DNA of 64,000 nt from Candidatus Ozemobacteraceae bacterium. Its GTDB lineage: Bacteria > Muiribacteriota > Ozemobacteria > Ozemobacterales > Ozemobacteraceae. The notes under the pieces are model-generated. The model ran no database searches. It saw only the letters and a list, made by a program, of their open reading frames with translations, and had not been told where the DNA came from. How positions within the stretch are numbered: position 1 is the stretch's first letter; every line of letters begins with the position of its first letter. Shown piece after piece: positions 10,503 to 20,217 of the stretch. The translations under genes and the position numbers were made by a program. Location: assembly GCA_965140445.1 (NCBI GenBank), contig OZ223236.1:4064001-4128000 (forward strand), in the 5' to 3' direction.

Positions 10503-11615
10503 CTAAAAAGCCCCCGGAAAACCGTCTGGCAAGAGATATCGAAGAATGAAATCAGTATTTCTGGTGTTTGGAACGGTTTCAATAATCAAAGATTTTTCCA
10601 AACCAGCGTCAAGATCTTTTCTAATTGCCTTTATCAAAGGAACAAGATTCAAATCTCCATTTTGAAACAATCCAAGATTTAAATGATGGTTTTTGCACGC
10701 TTCATGGTAGTTTCTTCGCGCATCAAAAAACCTTTTCAGACAATTGGAGTGGTATTCTGTTCCTTCTTCGTTTTCTGGAACAGCGTTAAACTCATTAGAT
10801 GCATCGATATATTCTTTAATACCTTTTCTCATTGCAAACTTCCGAGCTTCCCATTTATCAAGTCCCGGCAACATCTGCTGTAGAATTATGATTGAAGTGA
10901 ACTCAGAAACCTTCTGATAAAGATCTAAGCAATATTCTCCTTCAAGATGTGCTATGCCTACATTTAATACATACCCAACATCAAAATCTTTTCGGATTTT
11001 TTTAAAACCTGGAACAGACAGCCCCCCATTGCGCAAATGAAGTTTTATTCCCAGTGACTTAGCAAAAGGAACCAATTCCCCAAGAGCTTTTTTAAAGGAT
11101 TCTTCGGCCATTGGATCAAGGAACAGGCCAGGCTCAGAAACAGGCACAATTACATTTGTAACCCCATGCCTGCTAGCGAGTTCAATAATCGGTTTGCATT
11201 CATCCACCGTAAGCAGCTGATAGTCATTTTTATTAGGAATTGCAGAAGGCAAAGAAAGATAGCAAGGTTTAAAATAGACCAGACTATCTGCCCTTTTGGC
11301 AGATACCTTTTTAACAGGTCCCTCCGGTTGAGGTGGAGCTGGTGGTAAATCGTAATGCGTAGCAAAATACTCCGGAAGGGTAACAACAGTTTCAATTCCC
11401 AACCCTTGGGTTTTCATCAAAACCTGTTCATAATCCGAGCCGTATTTCTCTAGTCCTGGATCATTTACCCTAAGGTCCAGGAGATTAAATTTATCGCGCC
11501 ATTTTGCTAGTGTCCCGTTCCTGCTGATTGATATAGGTGGTGACAATGGGTCCTGGCCGCCAGTAATGCCTTGTTCAACGTAACCGACATAAAATGGTGT
11601 TTCTGGATTATTCAT
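10503..11615 (-). CDS. Hypothetical protein, divergent xylose-isomerase/AP-endonuclease-2-like TIM barrel
   Basis: IELASRHG..., LVPFAKSLGIKLHLRN, GYVLNVG, GDLNLVPLIKAI, LIIET resemble the AP2 family pattern. Confidence 0.45.
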   Translation of the reverse strand: MNNPETPFYVGYVEQGITGGQDPLSPPISISRNGTLAKWRDKFNLLDLRVNDPGLEKYGSDYEQVLMKTQGLGIETVVTLPEYFATHYDLPPAPPQPEGPVKKVSAKRADSLVYFKPCYLSLPSAIPNKNDYQLLTVDECKPIIELASRHGVTNVIVPVSEPGLFLDPMAEESFKKALGELVPFAKSLGIKLHLRNGGLSVPGFKKIRKDFDVGYVLNVGIAHLEGEYCLDLYQKVSEFTSIIILQQMLPGLDKWEARKFAMRKGIKEYIDASNEFNAVPENEEGTEYHSNCLKRFFDARRNYHEACKNHHLNLGLFQNGDLNLVPLIKAIRKDLDAGLEKSLIIETVPNTRNTDFILRYLLPDGFPGAF

Positions 11616-11649
11616 AGCGTGGGTATTCTAACACAAAAGAAATTAAGGC

Positions 11650-11677
11650 TCAATTTAATCAACTGTTTTACCGATAA
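11650..11677 (+). promoter_or_regulatory. Putative sigma-28 promoter
   Basis: TCAA-N16-ACCGATAA versus consensus TAAA-N15/16-GCCGATAA. Confidence 0.5.
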
Positions 11678-11715
11678 TAAATATAGACCAGAAAAAGTTA
11701 CATCTGGAGGCAATA

Positions 11716-11889
11716 ATGAAATTAAACAAAGAAGAAGCATACTTTATCCTCACAAACCTGGAAAACTTTGTCCAAAGGTTTGAATCATCTACTCGCAAGA
11801 AGGTCACTCCTGGTGCGTTGCAGATCATTCAAGAAATACTTACGGAAGCATCATTTCCAGGAAAGCTCGGGTCTACCAATCTTCATTGA
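11716..11889 (+). CDS. Putative 57-aa small protein (not in ORF track)
   Basis: GGAGG RBS 5 nt before ATG; MKLNKEEAYFILTNLENFVQRFESSTRKKVTPGALQIIQEILTEASFPGKLGSTNLH*; followed by terminator-like hairpin. Confidence 0.65.
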   Translation: MKLNKEEAYFILTNLENFVQRFESSTRKKVTPGALQIIQEILTEASFPGKLGSTNLH

Positions 11890-11937
11890 TTTTTATGTAG
11901 ATTTCGGGATTGAAATTTTTAGACGTTAAAAAATTTG

Positions 11938-11968
11938 AGACGGGAAAAAAACTCCCGTCTTTTCTTTT
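11938..11968 (+). terminator. Intrinsic terminator
   Basis: AGACGGGA-loop-TCCCGTCT followed by TTTCTTTT. Confidence 0.65.
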
Positions 11969-12848
11969 ACCTTTCAGACGTATTTCCTTGAAGAATTTTT
12001 TGAACTTCTTCTTCAGTTACAAATTTTTCATACCCTCTCTGTTTTATGAGCCGATCAATATAGGCTTTTCCGTCCGGGTCTGAATCCATTTTTAACATAG
12101 CGTTTTTAATTTTTTCTTTTAAACCCGCTTCCATATCGCTTCTAACCACTAACGGATCATTTGGAATTGGCTCAGTAAGAGCAATGATCTTGATCTGCTT
12201 CCCACCATCAGAATTTTTAACCAATAAATCAGTTGAAAACACAGAAGCGGCATCAAAATCTCCTTTTAAAACCCCTTCAATACTCACAATATGGCTGTGT
12301 GTAAAAACTACGTTTGAAAAGAACTCCAGCGGTTTGATTCCATTTTTAGCAAATAGTCGATTTGGAAAAAAGAAACCTGAACCCGAAAATCTGTCTACAT
12401 AGGCAAAGGTTTTTCCTTTAAGGTCACTAATTTTTTCTATTCCAGAATCTTGTCTGGCAATAATCTGCCCGTTATAAACGACCCCATTATCTTTGTATGG
12501 GCGGCACAAAACCTCCCATTTATTATTTTTCTTTAACTCAGTATATGAGGCGTGAGAAAACCATGCCAATTGAATTTTCCCCATCTCCAAAAGCTTTGCA
12601 AGACTTTCATAATCTGAAACAGTGTTCAAACAGACAGGTCTGCCTATCTTTTGGGATAAGTATTCGTAAACCGGCGACATGTGATTTTTTAAAATCTTTG
12701 GCTGAATATATGGAATTACGCCCAGCAAAAGGGGTTGAGTGTCCTCAATAACTGGTTCAAGTTTAATTAACTCAACGCTTCCCTTAAAATAGAATCCCAA
12801 GGGAATCAAAATTACCAGTAAAAACAAGGCTAATGGTGCCCATTTCAT
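11967..12848 (-). CDS. PhnD-like phosphate/phosphite/phosphonate substrate-binding protein with N-terminal membrane anchor
   Basis: LGVIPY, DYESLAKLL, SDLKGKTFAYVDRFSGSGFFFP, IPNDPLVVR. Confidence 0.85.
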   Translation of the reverse strand: MKWAPLALFLLVILIPLGFYFKGSVELIKLEPVIEDTQPLLLGVIPYIQPKILKNHMSPVYEYLSQKIGRPVCLNTVSDYESLAKLLEMGKIQLAWFSHASYTELKKNNKWEVLCRPYKDNGVVYNGQIIARQDSGIEKISDLKGKTFAYVDRFSGSGFFFPNRLFAKNGIKPLEFFSNVVFTHSHIVSIEGVLKGDFDAASVFSTDLLVKNSDGGKQIKIIALTEPIPNDPLVVRSDMEAGLKEKIKNAMLKMDSDPDGKAYIDRLIKQRGYEKFVTEEEVQKILQGNTSER

Positions 12849-15643
12849 TTATCGCCTCCAGATCTTTTAAGCATTGCTTTTACATCAAATATTTTTTCAT
12901 CAGTAAAAGAAATTACTTGTTGATTCTTAATTTCATCATTCAATTGTTCCAAACTAATGGATTCCATTGCAAAAAGCCTTGTCAGAGAAGTAATTAATAC
13001 TGGAAGTTTTTTTCCCAGCTTTGCCTCTATAAATTCCTGAGCGACGGACCTTTTGTAAGAATTTGAAGCAGTTAAATCATTAATCGCATTGATTGTTGTC
13101 CCAGGTTCAGAGGAAGTTAATGCGACAACTTGTACTGCTACCCTGGCTCTTTCTTTCCATTCATAAATTCCCAGGCCTTCAATTTCATTTTCCAGAACAA
13201 TCTTCGCTTCGGCAAATATTTGGCCTAAAAACTCAACTGCTTGCTTTTCCAAGCTGCTTTCAGAGTCTTCTGAAATTAGTAACGACACATGTAACAATTC
13301 AGCCCAGGTAGGAATTTTTCTAAAAAAGTGGTTTGATAGCTCATTCCAAACAGGTTCAGACTGGAAAATAATTTGATCCTCAGATTCTCTAACTATACAC
13401 CTTGCCAAAAGCTTTTGAGCAAACATATCGCCTTGCTCAAAAACTTTTAAAATAATCCTTCTAGCCGTTTCATTTTCAAGCATTAAAACATTTGAAACTA
13501 ACCCCCAGTCTCCCCTATTTCCAACTGATTTAAAGGCAGTCGCAAGCTTTTTTCTCTCTTCTGCTGTTATCTGCCCCATCAGCCTTGAGACCTGGTTAAA
13601 GTTGCTTTTGGAGGCCTCTTCAAAAGCTTTTTCTGCCAACATGGAGATTTCATGATCTTTATGGCCAATCAGGGATTCAATTACCTCTAATGCTTTGGGA
13701 GTGTTGATCTTTGCCAGGGCATTTAATGAATTTTTAACAACAGTAACATCTGGGTCCTCGGATAGGAAATCTAATGCAGAAGTAAACATAGGCAATCCCA
13801 GCTCTCCCATTACTGCTGCTGCTGAGGCTCTATGAATTGGTTCTTTTGATTTGGCCATTTTGGCTAACTCAACCAAAGCCGATTCTATTTTTTCTGAATC
13901 CATAGTGAGCCTTAACATGCTCATAAGTGCATTGCTCTTAACTCTATGGTGCTTATGAAAAAGATAGTTATCAACAATAATTTCAAATCCGGCAGCTCTA
14001 GTAGAATTGCCAAGAGCTTCAATAATATCTGCCCTGAGCCTTTCATCTTCTGTTTCAGCAAGCATCATTTCAAGTTGGCAAACAATACTTCCCCCGCAAT
14101 CCCTTAGCAATTTTCTGGAAATTGATGCCAGACATTTTGGGTCTTGTTCCTTCTGGAAAATCTGCAAAAGAATCTCTTTTCTCCTGGTCAGCGGAAAACT
14201 ATCTATCTCCTCAATGGCATTTAATCTTAGCTCTGGATCTTCGCTTTGAAGCAAACTTGTTAAGTTTTCAAGTTTTTCAGTGTCTCCGAGGCACCTCAAA
14301 GCTCTAAGATGTTCGTCCAGGTCTTTGTGGTCACCAGAAACAAAAGTTTCCTTCAAAGTTATCAGGTATGCCTTATCTAAACGGTAATGCACTAGCGCAA
14401 GGAGAGAATAAAGAATTCCAGCGACAAAAAATAACAGCTTAAAAGGCAAATTCCCCTTAACGGCAATCAGAAAAATCCCCACAAAAGTGCTGGCAAAAGA
14501 ACAGGCAACAGAAATATCCCTTCGAAAAAAGACTCTTTTCTTTTGGGAGACCGCCCCTAGCAAAATAGTCGTGGCGGGAACTGAAAAGTTTTTACTATTT
14601 ATAAGAACAAGAAATTGAATAATTACGATTAGATAGAAGTTGTTACTGGTTGAGTTTAAAAAGCATAAAGAAGCCAGAATTATTGGCATTGCCGAAAGAA
14701 CAACCCCAATTGAAAACCTTGAAAAAATGCGTTTCATTACAAGCGTTTGCAAACCTATAACAACAAAATCAGCGCTTGCTCCAAAAGCTCCCATAAAAGA
14801 AGCTAAATCATTGCTGGAATAAAAATATACGCTCACTGCACCTGCAAAAAGAAAATCTATAAGGTATTTATTAAATAGTATTAAACCTGAGGAAAAAACC
14901 AGCAATCTGGCCAACGGATGCTTTAAAGTGCTTTCAGGAATTTCAGGAGCTGCCTTTTTTTCTTCCTGGGAATCCTTAACATGACTTACTTTATCTATTT
15001 CGGTCTCTCGCGCCACTTCTTCAATGCGCTCCACCTCGTAGTTCTTCAGAAGAAAAAGAATAATATTCAAGCACAAAAGGATTAAAGCGTTGCCATACAA
15101 AAGACCTTTTACCCCAAGAATTTCAATGACAAATTTGAGGAGAATCCCGCTAAGAATGTAACCAAGGCTTCCAAATGCATAGATAACCGAAAGATTCTTT
15201 TTAGACTCCTGAAGGGTAAGAAAATGGTTCAGCATAGCACCAAATGCTTGAGTACTTACTAAATCAACAAGCATAGCCACACATAAGAAACCAATTAAAG
15301 CCGGAAGAGACTCAGTAGGCATCAAAAAACCAGCAAAAGCTGAGAAAAAGACAACAGGAAATGAAATTCTGGAAAGTAACCAGTGCCCCTCTTTGCCTGC
15401 AATTCTTGACATTATGAGATATTGAAATGCTATGAACCCAATGTTTACAGCCAGATAAACCCAGGGTAATGAAGTTGCCCCAGCCTTTTTTAAAAAGACT
15501 GTTAGAACAGAAAGATAAAGAAGATTATTGGTGGCTTTTAAGAGAGTAAATGAAGCAGACAATAATGGAGTAAGCTGCTTTCTATCTGTTGATGTCCCCG
15601 CTGCTGTGTAAGAAGAATTTAAAGATTTAAAAACAGAACTCAC
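12845..15643 (-). CDS. Npt/TLC-like MFS membrane domain fused to HEAT repeats
   Basis: About 12 hydrophobic segments (FLKKAGATSLPWVYLA; DLASFMGAF) then HEAT repeats (LLQSEDPELRLNAIEEI; HKHHRVKSNALMSM; HRASAAAVMGELG). Confidence 0.7.
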   Translation of the reverse strand: MSSVFKSLNSSYTAAGTSTDRKQLTPLLSASFTLLKATNNLLYLSVLTVFLKKAGATSLPWVYLAVNIGFIAFQYLIMSRIAGKEGHWLLSRISFPVVFFSAFAGFLMPTESLPALIGFLCVAMLVDLVSTQAFGAMLNHFLTLQESKKNLSVIYAFGSLGYILSGILLKFVIEILGVKGLLYGNALILLCLNIILFLLKNYEVERIEEVARETEIDKVSHVKDSQEEKKAAPEIPESTLKHPLARLLVFSSGLILFNKYLIDFLFAGAVSVYFYSSNDLASFMGAFGASADFVVIGLQTLVMKRIFSRFSIGVVLSAMPIILASLCFLNSTSNNFYLIVIIQFLVLINSKNFSVPATTILLGAVSQKKRVFFRRDISVACSFASTFVGIFLIAVKGNLPFKLLFFVAGILYSLLALVHYRLDKAYLITLKETFVSGDHKDLDEHLRALRCLGDTEKLENLTSLLQSEDPELRLNAIEEIDSFPLTRRKEILLQIFQKEQDPKCLASISRKLLRDCGGSIVCQLEMMLAETEDERLRADIIEALGNSTRAAGFEIIVDNYLFHKHHRVKSNALMSMLRLTMDSEKIESALVELAKMAKSKEPIHRASAAAVMGELGLPMFTSALDFLSEDPDVTVVKNSLNALAKINTPKALEVIESLIGHKDHEISMLAEKAFEEASKSNFNQVSRLMGQITAEERKKLATAFKSVGNRGDWGLVSNVLMLENETARRIILKVFEQGDMFAQKLLARCIVRESEDQIIFQSEPVWNELSNHFFRKIPTWAELLHVSLLISEDSESSLEKQAVEFLGQIFAEAKIVLENEIEGLGIYEWKERARVAVQVVALTSSEPGTTINAINDLTASNSYKRSVAQEFIEAKLGKKLPVLITSLTRLFAMESISLEQLNDEIKNQQVISFTDEKIFDVKAMLKRSGGDK

Positions 15644-16833
15644 TATTTTTTACCATCAACATCTTGACCAGAATGCCACTCTTTGGTCCAGATTTTATCC
15701 ATAATTCTATGTTTTTCCAGGTTGGCAACCATTTCATTAAAAGCGTTTCCCGTTTCGGCCAACTCATCTTCCCCCTCGATCTCAACACGATGATTAACGA
15801 TTCCCTGAGCAACTCTTCTGATGCCGTCTAACAGGGCATTGATACCAGAGGCTAAGGATCTGGAAAGAATAAAACCAAAAAAGACTGAAATGATTACAGC
15901 CACCGCCATAACAAAAGCCATATCAAAAAGGAACTGACTTAAAAAGCCCAGAATTTTATTTTTTGGTCTAACTGCCAACAGGTAGCCGTTAATTTGTGAA
16001 AAGTGGGCTAAAGTTCCAAGATACGTAGTAGAAGCCAGATCTATGAGAACTGGAGATGCATTATTTTCTCCTGAAATACTTTTGGGAAGTTTTATTCCAG
16101 AAAGGTTTGCGGGTAAACTTGAGCTTCCCGAAATTAAGCGCCCATTCAAATCCAAAAGAGCTAAAACATCATTTTCATCAGTTGGGAACTCGGCAACAAT
16201 CTCATGAATCTGAGGATCTGACAAGCTTATAGCGCAGCTCATAACTCCGCAAACAAGGTTTTTGTCAGCAAAATCAAAAATTGGAACCATAACTAAAAAC
16301 ATCTTTTGATCAAAAGATGAAATCAGTCGACTTGCAAAAGCTGGTTTACCAGTATTTACAACTTTCTTTATGGCTTCCGCAGCAAAAGAAGCTTCCACAG
16401 AGTTACTTTTAAAAGGGTTTTCGCCACTTTCAGGATCTGGAGCCCTTCTGTTTCTGAGTGTCATGCATTGAATATCACCATCTGGCTTAAAAATGAAACA
16501 ACTAAAAAAGTAAGGATGCTTATCCAGAAATTCATGGATTTCCAGCAGTTGTTTTTCCTGAACCATTCCCTGTATAGCAGGAGAATCTGCCAGAATTTTC
16601 ATTTGCTCCTGATAGCTGGATAACAAAGAAGCAATACCTTGGCTTAAAGCTCTTGTTCTTGCTTTCTGAGAACTGATAGCCTGATTCAACAAATCACTTT
16701 GAACCTTGGAAGCAACAGTTCCGCCCAGCAAAAGAAGGGGTAAAATGCCAGCAAGAATAGTGGTCAAAATTATTTTGTTTCCAATTTTTTGATACCAATT
16801 TAACTTTGATTCAGTTTCATTCACCTGCTTCAT
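15643..16833 (-). CDS. Cache + HAMP membrane sensor without output domain
   Basis: TM1, periplasmic Cache-like region, TM2, HAMP (RRVAQGIVNHRVEIEGEDELAETGNAFNEMVANLE), then only ~23 residues to the stop. Confidence 0.8.
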   Translation of the reverse strand: MKQVNETESKLNWYQKIGNKIILTTILAGILPLLLLGGTVASKVQSDLLNQAISSQKARTRALSQGIASLLSSYQEQMKILADSPAIQGMVQEKQLLEIHEFLDKHPYFFSCFIFKPDGDIQCMTLRNRRAPDPESGENPFKSNSVEASFAAEAIKKVVNTGKPAFASRLISSFDQKMFLVMVPIFDFADKNLVCGVMSCAISLSDPQIHEIVAEFPTDENDVLALLDLNGRLISGSSSLPANLSGIKLPKSISGENNASPVLIDLASTTYLGTLAHFSQINGYLLAVRPKNKILGFLSQFLFDMAFVMAVAVIISVFFGFILSRSLASGINALLDGIRRVAQGIVNHRVEIEGEDELAETGNAFNEMVANLEKHRIMDKIWTKEWHSGQDVDGKK

Positions 16834-16940
16834 TGCCCCTAAATATATCTTAAACGCCTATAAACATTTTTTCAGAATTTGATTAGAAATACCATTCTTA
16901 TCTTTTTGGAATTAATCAATTCTAACTGAATATAACCTTA

Positions 16941-16975
16941 GTTTAAAAAGCCCGGCAATGCCGGGCTTTTTAAAC
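16941..16975 (-). terminator. Intrinsic terminator (symmetrical)
   Basis: GTTTAAAAAGCCCGGC-AAT-GCCGGGCTTTTTAAAC perfect inverted repeat. Confidence 0.85.
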
Positions 16976-16976
16976 A

Positions 16977-18209
16977 CTATTTTTTAGATACTGCCAAAGT
17001 GCTGGAAAGTTCTGGTGGAGGGGTCCCGTATGTAACACCCTTTACATTCGCATATATAATCCTGTTCTCAAGATAAATGCTTCCACCTCCCTGGTATTCT
17101 GTTCTGTGAACAGGCCCAAAACTCTTAGCCAAGAGAGTTACAAAACCTCCCGTTGATGCGCCATTAACAAACCTTGAAATTGTGACCTGAAGCGTATCAG
17201 TAAAGGTTTGCCCCAGATAAGTATAGCTATCAGAACTTCTAGAAAGCTTTACCACAAAGCTAATATCATCAGTCCCTATTCTTCTGGAAAATGTAGCAAG
17301 AGTGTAACTGGCATTAGGAAGATTTATGTATTCCGGGAACATTGCCAAATAGTTATTGCCACTAAAGAATGGGGTATCGCTGTAGTAACAGAAATTTCTA
17401 CTGGCATCCATACCAAAACTATCTTTAGTTGCAGTTGCAATTGGGTTAAAGAAGTTTGCAGTATATTGACTTTCATTAGAATAGGTTGTTGATAAATAAT
17501 CCATCATTGCTATAGAAGTTACAGACTGGGAAATCGTGGGACGATAAAGCCTTTTTCTGTCATTAGACTGAATAGCTTGATTCACATAAGTCTGGAACCA
17601 ATACTCATTTCCAGAATCCATAGGCAAATAATCAAAAAGCTTGATGCTATCAGCAGTGGTCCCAGTATTTGTGCTTGTGCTCGTGCTCGTGCTCGTGCTC
17701 GTATAAGTGTAAGTCCCGGTATCGATATGGGTATAAGTAGAAGTCGAGGTTGGTATCACGCCACCAAGATCCAGCTTATCTATAATCCACTTTCCGTTTT
17801 CCTTGACAAGATTAAAATACATTGTGATTTTAGGCTCAACATGGTCATATCTCGCAATAACTTCCGCGTAATCCCCAAACTGCTTAATTTCAGAGGAATT
17901 AATAGAAAAAGACCATGTAGCATTATCAGTTGAACTGGCTATATCTGGCCCAAAATCATATACGACCAAGGTGTAGTAACATTCGGTTTCACTGCAAGTT
18001 GATGAAACTAAAGAACTCAAAGCCGCCTGGTCCTTACTTACCAAGGCATTTGCAAAACTTTGAACAGTATTGGTAATTTCAGCAACATCTGCCGGGTTAG
18101 ATGGAACAGGAGTTCCTCCTCCACCGCCGCCCATACAGCCAGTTATTGCGATAACGACAACAAAAATACAAAATAATAAATCTCTACTATTTAATCTCAT
18201 TTGATCCAT
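16977..18209 (-). CDS. Putative lipoprotein (NTF2-like N domain, Thr/Ser linker, beta-rich C domain)
   Basis: Lipobox-like IAITGC then GGGGGG; FNLVKENGKWII; TSTSTSTSTSTNT linker; LAKSFGPV. Confidence 0.6.
   Translation of the reverse strand: MDQMRLNSRDLLFCIFVVVIAITGCMGGGGGGTPVPSNPADVAEITNTVQSFANALVSKDQAALSSLVSSTCSETECYYTLVVYDFGPDIASSTDNATWSFSINSSEIKQFGDYAEVIARYDHVEPKITMYFNLVKENGKWIIDKLDLGGVIPTSTSTYTHIDTGTYTYTSTSTSTSTSTNTGTTADSIKLFDYLPMDSGNEYWFQTYVNQAIQSNDRKRLYRPTISQSVTSIAMMDYLSTTYSNESQYTANFFNPIATATKDSFGMDASRNFCYYSDTPFFSGNNYLAMFPEYINLPNASYTLATFSRRIGTDDISFVVKLSRSSDSYTYLGQTFTDTLQVTISRFVNGASTGGFVTLLAKSFGPVHRTEYQGGGSIYLENRIIYANVKGVTYGTPPPELSSTLAVSKK
17671..17700. repeat. Hexanucleotide tandem repeat encoding Ser-Thr linker
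   Basis: GTGCTT followed by (GTGCTC)x4. Confidence 0.8.
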
Positions 18210-18218
18210 TCTCCCCTC

Positions 18219-20198
18219 TTAAAAATCGTATTCTAGACCACCATAGAATTCTGTTATAGTCATTGGTCTTGTAAAATCCCACAGTAATTCCTGAGAGAGG
18301 GAGTCAAAAGATCTATAGTATGATTTTTCCCAGGATGCCAATAGCTTTAGCTTCAAATTTTCTTTGAGACTAACGTTAAATCTAACTTCAGTCTGGGGTT
18401 GAGTTTCAGCTTCCCAACCGGTATTGAGATTATTCCCGTTTCTGAAAGAGAACTTTCTCCAGCTTTGATTAACTTTCCAGTCATATTTTCCAGACTTAAC
18501 ATAAGAAAGAGCCAGTCCACTTTTCAAGAACTTATAATCTCGATAAAACAATTGTTCATAAATTCTCTCTAAAAGGTCACTCTGCCATGTTAAATCCATT
18601 TTATTACGAAGTTTCCATGACAATTTTGCGGAGAAAAGGTTTTCTCTGAAGTCCATAACAGCGCCTACAACAGAATCTCTTCTATGATAAGTGTCATCAA
18701 TTCTAATTTTAAAGTTTGGATTAATCTTTTTCTGCCAAACTCCGTGCAATTTATGGTTTTTATGGGCTCTGGCTTTTGTATTTTCATCATTATAGATATA
18801 CCTGTAGTCAAAATTTCCTCTCGAGCTCTTGTCAAAGCGGAATTTTGCCATGGTCATCAGATCCATTTGCGCATACCCACGCGGACCATCTGCCTGATAA
18901 TTTCTTTTCTGATACTGACCTTCAAAAACATATGACAACTTTTCGTGTACTGGAAGGTCATAATTAACCCTGAAGTAATTGTCGTAGTAACTTGTTCGAT
19001 AAAGATTAATAGCTTCTTTCTCGTAAGTTCTTCTATCAAATGTATTTGAAACGCTTAAATCTGCCTTATTACCAACATAATTCATATTATATTCGGTATA
19101 TAAATTCACATTATTGTAATCCAAGTCATTAATATTTCGATAAGTTCTTTGATTACCAGTGATTTCAGCAAAGATATTTCCACCTTTAAGGAACCAGGTT
19201 TCCTGATCACTCAAATTTAATTGATGAAATTCTGAACGCTTATAGTTTGGATATGCTCTTGTCTGATAGCCAGCATTAACAAGTCTTTCTCTCTTTTGCC
19301 ATTTGTGGTTGAAGAATACTTCAAAAAGGTTATCACGATAATCCTTAATGACATTATCTGGATACCAGGCATGATGAAGAGTGTTTTTAAAGGTCCATGC
19401 TTTTGAATTTTTGAGTTTTAGCAGATAAGAAGCAGTCAAGTAATTTTCATGAACTGGTTCGTTTCTTTCTCTCTTTAAAAATCTGTCCTCAATGAATAAT
19501 TGACGATTTTCATTAAACTTGTAATTCAAAGATAGTTTTGCTTGTCCGAGATTGTTTGGAAGTGCTGATTCAACAGTCTTAAAAGGAGTTGTTTTGGTTT
19601 GAGTTCTATAAACTTCGTTTCTATTCTGAAAATCAAGTTTGAGAACTCCGCTAATTTCAACCTTTTTATACTCATTTTTTTGCTTTTTGGTAGTTACAGG
19701 AGCTTTTTCAGATGAAGGAGCAACGTAATCAGAAAGATCCGAACTTTCCTTTTTAGCACTTTCCTTATTTTGATCTGAACTTCCAGACTTCTTTTGCCCC
19801 CTATTCACAAATGAATCGAGGTAAAAGTTTCTAACTTCTTTGTAGGTATCATCTATTCTTGAGAATCCATCAAAGAGCTCAGCTCTGTCATTAGGATAAT
19901 CTGAAGACACATTAATAAATAAATCTTCCATCAGATCATATCTTTTCTGGACATAATCCATCTTATCTTCAGCTTCATCCATTATATCCTGATATTTGCT
20001 TTCTGTTGGCTCTATATTCTGATTTATTATTCTTCTATCAAGTTCCTTCAAGCGGTTGAAAGAATTTGAAAAATCAGGCTCATATCTTCTAAATGCATTT
20101 AAAGCATTCTGACTGGAAACAGAAATGGCAAAAGCTTGTCCAGCAAGCAAAATGACCATTAGAAACGAAATTATTGAAACTCTCTTTTTAGTATTCAT
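18219..20198 (-). CDS. Putative outer-membrane beta-barrel protein with N-terminal helical domain
   Basis: Signal peptide (AFA), helical N region, alternating aromatic/charged beta pattern, C-terminal GGLEYDF (BamA-signal-like terminal Phe). Confidence 0.65.
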   Translation of the reverse strand: MNTKKRVSIISFLMVILLAGQAFAISVSSQNALNAFRRYEPDFSNSFNRLKELDRRIINQNIEPTESKYQDIMDEAEDKMDYVQKRYDLMEDLFINVSSDYPNDRAELFDGFSRIDDTYKEVRNFYLDSFVNRGQKKSGSSDQNKESAKKESSDLSDYVAPSSEKAPVTTKKQKNEYKKVEISGVLKLDFQNRNEVYRTQTKTTPFKTVESALPNNLGQAKLSLNYKFNENRQLFIEDRFLKRERNEPVHENYLTASYLLKLKNSKAWTFKNTLHHAWYPDNVIKDYRDNLFEVFFNHKWQKRERLVNAGYQTRAYPNYKRSEFHQLNLSDQETWFLKGGNIFAEITGNQRTYRNINDLDYNNVNLYTEYNMNYVGNKADLSVSNTFDRRTYEKEAINLYRTSYYDNYFRVNYDLPVHEKLSYVFEGQYQKRNYQADGPRGYAQMDLMTMAKFRFDKSSRGNFDYRYIYNDENTKARAHKNHKLHGVWQKKINPNFKIRIDDTYHRRDSVVGAVMDFRENLFSAKLSWKLRNKMDLTWQSDLLERIYEQLFYRDYKFLKSGLALSYVKSGKYDWKVNQSWRKFSFRNGNNLNTGWEAETQPQTEVRFNVSLKENLKLKLLASWEKSYYRSFDSLSQELLWDFTRPMTITEFYGGLEYDF

Positions 20199-20217
20199 TT
20201 AATATCCTCCAGTTCTC

